From Thermoanaerobaculia bacterium (GTDB lineage: Bacteria; Acidobacteriota; Thermoanaerobaculia; Multivoradales; Multivoraceae): a DNA stretch of 64,000 nt. The position numbers were made by a program, and so were the translations under genes. The notes under the pieces were generated by a model. The model searched no databases. It was not told the origin of the DNA and saw only the letters and a list, made by a program, of their open reading frames with translations. Every line of letters begins with the position of its first letter. The stretch's first letter is position 1. The stretch spans positions 6,020,556-6,084,555 of the forward strand of contig OY761158.1 in the NCBI GenBank assembly GCA_963664405.1, given 5' to 3'. Below, one piece after another: positions 58,343-64,000 of the stretch.

Positions 58343-59935
58343 ATGCTCGACCGCGATCTCGTTCTCCCCCATCTGCTCGCCAAGTTGGCGCGTGAACACC
58401 CCGACCGGATCTTCGTCCAACAGGTCGACGGACCCGAGCTGACGTACGCGGAGCTGCACGAGCGGAACCTGCTGTGGGCCGATGCCTTCCGTCGCTTGGG
58501 CGTCGGGCCCCAGCACAGGGTTGCGACCATGCTGCCGACCACCGTCGAAGCCTACAACGCCTGGATGGGGCTGTCGTGGCTGCGAGCCATCGAGGTGCCG
58601 CTGAACTCAATGTACCGCGGGCGCATGCTCGCCTACGTTGTGGACAACTGCGACGCTACGGTTCTCGTGATCGGCAAGGACTACATCGACCGGCTCGCGG
58701 ACGTTGCCGCGGACCTGGGGAATCTCGAGACCGTCGTAGTTCCCGACGGCGACGAAGTGAACTTGCAGCTCCCATTCGAGGTGATGACGCGAGCTGAGTT
58801 CCTGGACGCGGCGGCTCCGGCCGCTGATCTGGAGGGGCCGGCCCACAGCGACGTGGCTTGCATCATCTACACCTCCGGGACCACAGGGCCATCGAAGGGC
58901 GTCCTCGTACCCTGGGCCGAGCTGTACTGGTTCGACCTGCTTCTCCCCGACACGCTGGACGCCGACGGCGCGTACTATACGTTCTTCGCGCCGTTCCATG
59001 TGTCCGGCAAGCTGAGCCTCTACATTCCTGCCAAGCGCCAAGTGCGCCTGGTGCTTCGTGACGGCTTCAGCCGCAGCGAATTCTGGAACGACGTGCGACG
59101 CTACGCCTGCACGGCCTGCGGTCTGGTGGGGCCGCTGGCGCGCCTTCTCCTGCTCAACCCCGAGCGGCCCGACGACTCGGATAACCCACTTCGCTCCGCG
59201 AGTTGTGGGCCCTTGTTCCCGGAGATCGACGTCTTTCGCGAGCGGTTCGGAGTCGAGGTCGGCACCGGCTACGGGATGACCGAGATCGGGGCGGTGACAG
59301 CAACGGAGGGCTTCTCGATCGAGGACTGGCGGAGCTGCGGGAAGGCCCGCACCGGTCGTCCCGGCTACGAGCTTCGCGTCGTCGACGAGCAGGACGAGCC
59401 CGTCGAGGAAGGCGTCATTGGGGAGCTGATCGTCCGCTGCGACGAGCCCTGGTGCATGAGCCTCGGCTACTACGGCATGCCCGAGAAAACTGCCGAGTCC
59501 TGGCGCAACGGCTGGTTCCACACCGGCGACGGCTTCCGCTGCGACGAGAACGGCAACTTCTACTTCGTGGATCGCCTGAAGGACGCGATCAGGCGACGAG
59601 GTGAGAACATCTCGTCCTTCGAGGTCGAAGCGTATGTCAACGACCATCCCGACGTGGAGGAGTGCGCTGCGATCGGCGTGCCGTCGGAGCTCGGCGAGGA
59701 CGAGGTGAAGGTGTGTGTCGTCCGTCGTCCCGATTCGAGCCTCGACGCCCAAGCTCTGATTGAGTACCTGCTCCCAAACATGCCGCGGTTCATGGTTCCC
59801 CGCTTCGTGGAGCTCGTCGACGCACTGCCGAAGACCGATGCCACGGCCCGGACGCGCAAGATCGAGCTGCGAGAGAACGCGCTCAACGAGCGCACCTGGG
59901 ATCGAGACGAGGCCGGAGTCGAAGTACCGAGGTGA
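58343..59935 (+). CDS. AMP-dependent synthetase/ligase (acyl-CoA synthetase)
   Basis: YTSGTTGPSKG and C-terminal GWFHTGD...KDAIRRRGENIS motifs. Confidence 0.9.
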   Translation: MLDRDLVLPHLLAKLAREHPDRIFVQQVDGPELTYAELHERNLLWADAFRRLGVGPQHRVATMLPTTVEAYNAWMGLSWLRAIEVPLNSMYRGRMLAYVVDNCDATVLVIGKDYIDRLADVAADLGNLETVVVPDGDEVNLQLPFEVMTRAEFLDAAAPAADLEGPAHSDVACIIYTSGTTGPSKGVLVPWAELYWFDLLLPDTLDADGAYYTFFAPFHVSGKLSLYIPAKRQVRLVLRDGFSRSEFWNDVRRYACTACGLVGPLARLLLLNPERPDDSDNPLRSASCGPLFPEIDVFRERFGVEVGTGYGMTEIGAVTATEGFSIEDWRSCGKARTGRPGYELRVVDEQDEPVEEGVIGELIVRCDEPWCMSLGYYGMPEKTAESWRNGWFHTGDGFRCDENGNFYFVDRLKDAIRRRGENISSFEVEAYVNDHPDVEECAAIGVPSELGEDEVKVCVVRRPDSSLDAQALIEYLLPNMPRFMVPRFVELVDALPKTDATARTRKIELRENALNERTWDRDEAGVEVPR

Positions 59936-59985
59936 GGCATGTCGAGCTGGTATTCTTAAGTCCGCATCTGCACGGAGATTGAGAG

Positions 59986-60453
59986 ATGGGACCCCTTCGC
60001 GGCATCAAAGTCATCGAGCTCCAGGGGATCGGCCCCGGACCGTTTTGCGGAATGATGCTGTCGGACATGGGCGCGGACGTCGTGCGCATCGACCGCGCAA
60101 CCGCGGTTGGCTCCGTTGCTCCCGGCAAACCTCCCGCGGACGTATTGGCCCGTGGTCGCCGCAGCATCGGGGTCGACCTGAAGAACCCCGAGGGCGTCAA
60201 AGTGGTACTTCGGCTGGTGGCAGGGGCCGACGTGCTCATCGAGGGCTTCCGCCCCGGTGTGACCGAGCGACTCGGCATCGGCCCCGACGTGTGTCTTGCT
60301 CGCAACCCGCGCCTCGTCTACGGACGCATGACCGGTTGGGGCCAGGAGGGCCCGATGGCCCAGGCCGCCGGCCACGACATCAACTACATCGCCCTGGCCG
60401 GTGCGCTGGAGCCGATCGGCCGGCGCCTTCGCGACGCCCAGGCGATCGCATAG
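59986..60453 (+). pseudogene. N-terminal fragment (155 aa) of a family III CoA-transferase / alpha-methylacyl-CoA racemase-like protein. Full-length members are about 360-400 aa
   Basis: [37 protein letters not shown] matches the CaiB/BaiF/MCR N-terminus. The ORF ends at about 40% of the expected length. Confidence 0.65.
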
Positions 60454-60486
60454 CACGCGACAGCCGATCCGAGAACGAGGACACCT

Positions 60487-61347
60487 GTGCCGAACAAGAC
60501 CGACGACGACGCGCGCATCCGTTACCAGATCCCCGCTCCAGCGGTGGCGCGGGTGACACTCGCCCGTCCGGAGGCGCGCAACGCCCAGGACAAGAAGATG
60601 CTCTACGAGCTGGACGAAGCGCTGCGCCGGGCCGCCATGGACGATGCGATCAAGGTCATCGTCATCGCAGCGGACGGTCCGCACTTTTCGTCGGGCCACG
60701 ACCTGCGCGACTCGACTCGGTCGAGCGATTTCACGACCGCGAGTCTGTGGGGAGGCGCCGAGCTCCCGGGAAGCGAGGGGCGGATGGCGGTTGAGGCGGA
60801 GACCTACCTCGGTCTTTGCTGGCGTTGGCGAAACCTCCCCAAACCGACCCTCGTGCAGGTGCAGGGCAAGGTCATCGCAGGAGGGCTAATGCTGGTGTGG
60901 CCGTTCGACGTAGTGGTCGCGAGCGAGGATGCAACCTTTTCCGACCCTGTGGTCGCGTTCGGCATCGGAGGGCACGAGTTCTTCACCCACGTCTGGGAGT
61001 TGGGAGCTCGCAAGGCGAAGGAGATGTTGTTCACCGGCGCTGCGCTAGGTGCCCGCGAGTGTCACCGGCTCGGGATGGTGAACCACGTAGTGCCGCGCGC
61101 CGAGCTCGAGAGCTTCACCCTCGACCTCGCCCAACGCATCGCCTCGCGTCCCAGCATGGGCCTCAAGCTTGCAAAGCAAGCCGTGAACCAGAGCTTGGAC
61201 GCCCAAGGTCAGTGGACGGCAGTGCAGGCGGCGTTCTCGCTCCACCAACTCGGCCACTCCCACGCCATGGAAATCCACGGGAACGTCGTCGACCCGGCCG
61301 GGGCCGACGTCATCCGGCGTGAGGCCGAGGAGCCGGAAGAGATCTGA
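60487..61347 (+). CDS. Enoyl-CoA hydratase/isomerase-family protein
   Basis: Crotonase-fold conservation (QVQGKVIAGGLML, oxyanion-hole region). Confidence 0.8.
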   Translation: MPNKTDDDARIRYQIPAPAVARVTLARPEARNAQDKKMLYELDEALRRAAMDDAIKVIVIAADGPHFSSGHDLRDSTRSSDFTTASLWGGAELPGSEGRMAVEAETYLGLCWRWRNLPKPTLVQVQGKVIAGGLMLVWPFDVVVASEDATFSDPVVAFGIGGHEFFTHVWELGARKAKEMLFTGAALGARECHRLGMVNHVVPRAELESFTLDLAQRIASRPSMGLKLAKQAVNQSLDAQGQWTAVQAAFSLHQLGHSHAMEIHGNVVDPAGADVIRREAEEPEEI

Positions 61348-61438
61348 GGCCGCACCAGGTCCCGCACAACCCCAGCGCGGTAGCGGTAGAATCGACCGGG
61401 AACAGGACGACGAAGACGTCACCAGGGGACGATCGCAG

Positions 61439-62671
61439 ATGGACTTCCACGACACCGCAGAGGACGCCGATTTCCGCGCCAGAGCCCGCTCGTGGCTGGC
61501 TGAGAATTGTCGGCCCAAGGATGCGGAAGACGCCGTCTTCTTGGATCGCGAAGACGAGCCGCTGTATGTCGAGCGCGCCAAAGAGTTCCAGGCCAAGCGT
61601 GCAGATGCCGGCCTCGGGGCCATCCATTGGCCTCGAGAGTACGGGGGGAGCGGCGGAACCCCCATTCAGACGGTCATCTGGTCCCAGGAGGAGCTCGCCT
61701 TCGACGTGCCACGGTGGGTCTTCGAGATCGGCCTGGGAATGTGCGGGCCGACCCTGATGGCGTATGCAGATCAGGAAACAAAAAATCGTTTACTCTCGCG
61801 GATGGTACGCGGCGACGACATCTGGTGCCAGATGTTTTCGGAGCCGGCAGCCGGCTCGGACGTCGCCGCGATCCGGACGCGGGCTGAGCGGGACGGCGAC
61901 GATTGGCTCATCAACGGTCAGAAGGTCTGGACGTCGGGAGCACACTACTCGCAGTACGGGATCCTGCTTGCACGTCACGATCCGACTCTTCCCAAGCACA
62001 AGGGGTTGACCTTCTTCTGGGTCGATATGGCGACGCCGGGGATCGAGGTGAAGCCCATCCGTCAGATTTCGGGCCGGTCGCACTTCAACGAAGTCTTCTT
62101 CACCGACGTTCGCATTCCGGACTCTCAGCGACTCGGTGAGATAGGTGAAGGCTGGCAAGTCGCGATCACCACTCTGATGAACGAGCGACTGGCGGTCGGA
62201 GCGGGTGGCGGCCTCGACTTCCCCGACATCTTCGCCCTGGCGCGGAAGATGGAGGTCGACGGCGTGCCCGTCCTCTCCAATACAGCGACCCGGGACCGAC
62301 TCGCAGACTGGTACGTCCAGTCCGAAGGGCTTCGTCTCAACCAGGCCCGCACTCTAACGAGGCTCAGCAGAGGGGAGACTCCGGGTCCGGAGTCGTCGAT
62401 CGAGAAGGTCGTGGGTGCTCCGAAGATCCAGGACATCGCGTCTTTCGGGGTCGATCTGCTCGAGCAGGCGGGAGTGCTCCTCGACAGCGACACGACCCCG
62501 GGCGGGAGCCTTTTCCAAGAGAACTTCCTCGCGTCCCCGAGCCTGCGAATCGGCGGCGGCACCGACGAAGTCCTGCGTAATGTGATCGCCGAGCGTGTGC
62601 TACAGCTCCCCGGCGACATTCGCGTCGACCGGGATGTGCCCTTCAAAGAGATCCCGCGCGGTCGTGCATAA
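61439..62671 (+). CDS. Acyl-CoA dehydrogenase (FadE-like)
   Basis: ACAD N-terminal, middle and C-terminal domain motifs (FSEPAAGSD, WLINGQKVWTSGA). 410 aa. Confidence 0.9.
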   Translation: MDFHDTAEDADFRARARSWLAENCRPKDAEDAVFLDREDEPLYVERAKEFQAKRADAGLGAIHWPREYGGSGGTPIQTVIWSQEELAFDVPRWVFEIGLGMCGPTLMAYADQETKNRLLSRMVRGDDIWCQMFSEPAAGSDVAAIRTRAERDGDDWLINGQKVWTSGAHYSQYGILLARHDPTLPKHKGLTFFWVDMATPGIEVKPIRQISGRSHFNEVFFTDVRIPDSQRLGEIGEGWQVAITTLMNERLAVGAGGGLDFPDIFALARKMEVDGVPVLSNTATRDRLADWYVQSEGLRLNQARTLTRLSRGETPGPESSIEKVVGAPKIQDIASFGVDLLEQAGVLLDSDTTPGGSLFQENFLASPSLRIGGGTDEVLRNVIAERVLQLPGDIRVDRDVPFKEIPRGRA

Positions 62672-62766
62672 AGATCCTTTGGCTCCCCGCGGGGTGCCGG
62701 TGCCGGCTCGACCGTGCGTCCGATGCCCCATCGGTCTGGTGCCGCTATCACGAGTTGGCCGAGCGG

Positions 62767-63968
62767 TCCGCACCGGGAGCGCGGGTGCCTGCCTCCTCCT
62801 GGCGGCGTCGGTTGCCATCGGCGCAAAGGAGCCGACTTGGTCGGGTGAGGTAGCGCGGATCGTCCATCAGAGCTGTGCCGGCTGTCATCATCCAGGGGGC
62901 CCGGCACCAATGAGCCTTCTTCGCTACGACGAGGTACGGCCCTGGGTGAAGTCTCTGGCGCGTCAAGTTGCGGCCGGCTCGATGCCGCCCTGGCACGCGG
63001 CCGGCGAGCATGGAACCTTCGCCAACGATCGTCGCCTGCCGTCGAGCGAGCGCGACACTTTGTTGGCGTGGGCGGCGTCGGGAGCCCCGATGGGCGAGAG
63101 GTCGGAGGCTCCCGAGCCGCCGAGCTTCCTAGACGGCTGGAGAATCGGCGAGCCGGATCTGATCCTCGAGATGCCCGAGGAGGTCACCGTACCCGCCAGT
63201 GGTGAGCTGCCCTACCACGACTATGTGGTCGACCCTGGGTTCGAGGAGGATGTGTGGGTTCGCGCCGCCGAGTCTCGACCGGGTAACCCGAATGTCGTTC
63301 ATCACATCATCGTCGGCTATCTGACCGACGATCCTCTGGCTCGACATCGAATGCAGCAAGAGGGGCTCGAGAGCCGAGTGCAGGGCAGCCTCGGAGGCTA
63401 TGTTCCGGGTGACGAGCCGTTGGTGTTGGGAGAGGGGATGGCTCGGCTGATCCCGGCGGGATCGAAGATCTACTTCCAGATGCACTACACCCCGACCGGC
63501 AAGGTCGAGACCGATCGCTCCCGCCTCGGTCTGGTCCTGGCCGACGGGCCGCCGCGCCATGAAGTTCGCACCGGCATCGCGTCGAGCCCCTTCATTCACA
63601 TTCCGGCAGGCTCTCCCGACAAGTCTCTGAGTGCGAGCTTCAGCTTTCGTCGAGACAGCATCCTCCTGTCGATGCGTCCTCATCTCCACCTGCGGGGGAA
63701 GAGCTTCCAATACCTGGCGCGCTACCCGGATGGCTCGGAGGAGATCCTGCTCGAAGTGCCTGACTACGATTTTAGCTGGCAGACCCGTTACCTGCTCGCC
63801 GAGCCCAAGCGCATACCCGCCGGCACCGAGCTGGTTTGCACCGGCACCTGGGACAATTCGAGTGCGAACCCGAGCAACCCGGATCCGAGCATCGACGTTT
63901 CTTGGGGGCAGCAGACCGATGACGAGATGATGATCGGTTTTTTCGAGTATTACGAGCTTGCCGACTGA
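62767..63968 (+). CDS. Secreted protein with an N-terminal c-type haem site (CAGCHH, planctomycete-type cytochrome c domain) and a C-terminal copper type II ascorbate-dependent monooxygenase (PHM/DBH-like) domain
   Basis: CxxCH motif in SCAGCHHPGGPAPM. PHM-like His/Met clusters (HHIIVGY, HMHYTPTGK, MRPHLHLRG, MMIGFFEY). The start is uncertain: a GTG near 62767 follows a signal-like segment. Confidence 0.5.
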
Positions 63969-64000
63969 GAGCCTCCGACGGGGCGTACGTCAGATTTGTG

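Overview
This is a high-GC (about 65-68% by eye) bacterial chromosomal window of 64 kb; the lineage cannot be placed from sequence alone. It mixes housekeeping, redox and lipid/acyl-CoA metabolism genes with an unusually dense set of mobile elements and repeats.

Mobile elements and plasmid-like DNA, in window order:
- A lower-GC plasmid-like island at about 0.9-3.2 kb carries a ParA/ParG-like partition cassette bracketed by three clusters of GCATGCnnGCATG iterons.
- Two head-to-tail IS110-family copies follow. Copy 1 is 5'-truncated and is itself interrupted by an IS256-family element with perfect 25-bp inverted repeats.
- A family of REP-like structured intergenic repeats shares a GGCGCCG-nGGA-CGGCGC hairpin core, including a 127-133-bp unit that sits tandemly upstream of an amidase gene.
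- An ISAzo13-like IS has 21-bp terminal inverted repeats, and its transposase is frameshifted in an A8 homopolymer.
- An IS66-family element (tnpA-tnpB-tnpC) is flanked by an 8-bp target-site duplication GGTGGAAC, immediately upstream of an error-prone polymerase gene, dnaE2.
- An IS200-like HUH (Y1) transposase gene is flanked by a duplicated 90-bp gene tail and a perfect 50-bp tandem duplication.
- A 165-bp MITE-like element with 20-bp inverted repeats supplies the TAG stop codons of two convergent genes.

Ordinary genes include msrA, xth, a uvrA-family gene, a GCS2-family carboxylate-amine ligase, frmA-fghA (formaldehyde detoxification), F420/LLM-type oxidoreductases, amidases, a penicillin-acylase-family lipoprotein, two DUF3604/PHP-like paralogs, and a beta-oxidation-like cluster (acyl-CoA synthetases, crotonases, MaoC dehydratase, ACAD) that also holds pseudogene fragments.

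The most interesting locus is a minus-strand operon at 35.0-37.3 kb. It is preceded by a textbook CsoR-type operator palindrome and encodes, in order, a membrane-anchored HMA-thioredoxin fusion, a CsoR repressor, an HMA(SxxC)-TlpA-like redoxin and a membrane protein. In the first gene, two in-frame TGA codons fall exactly on the two cysteine positions of the HMA metal-binding motif (T-U-M-G-U in place of TCxxC). A bulged-U stem-loop lies 15 nt downstream. Together these make it a candidate double-selenocysteine (UxxU) metallochaperone-like selenoprotein.
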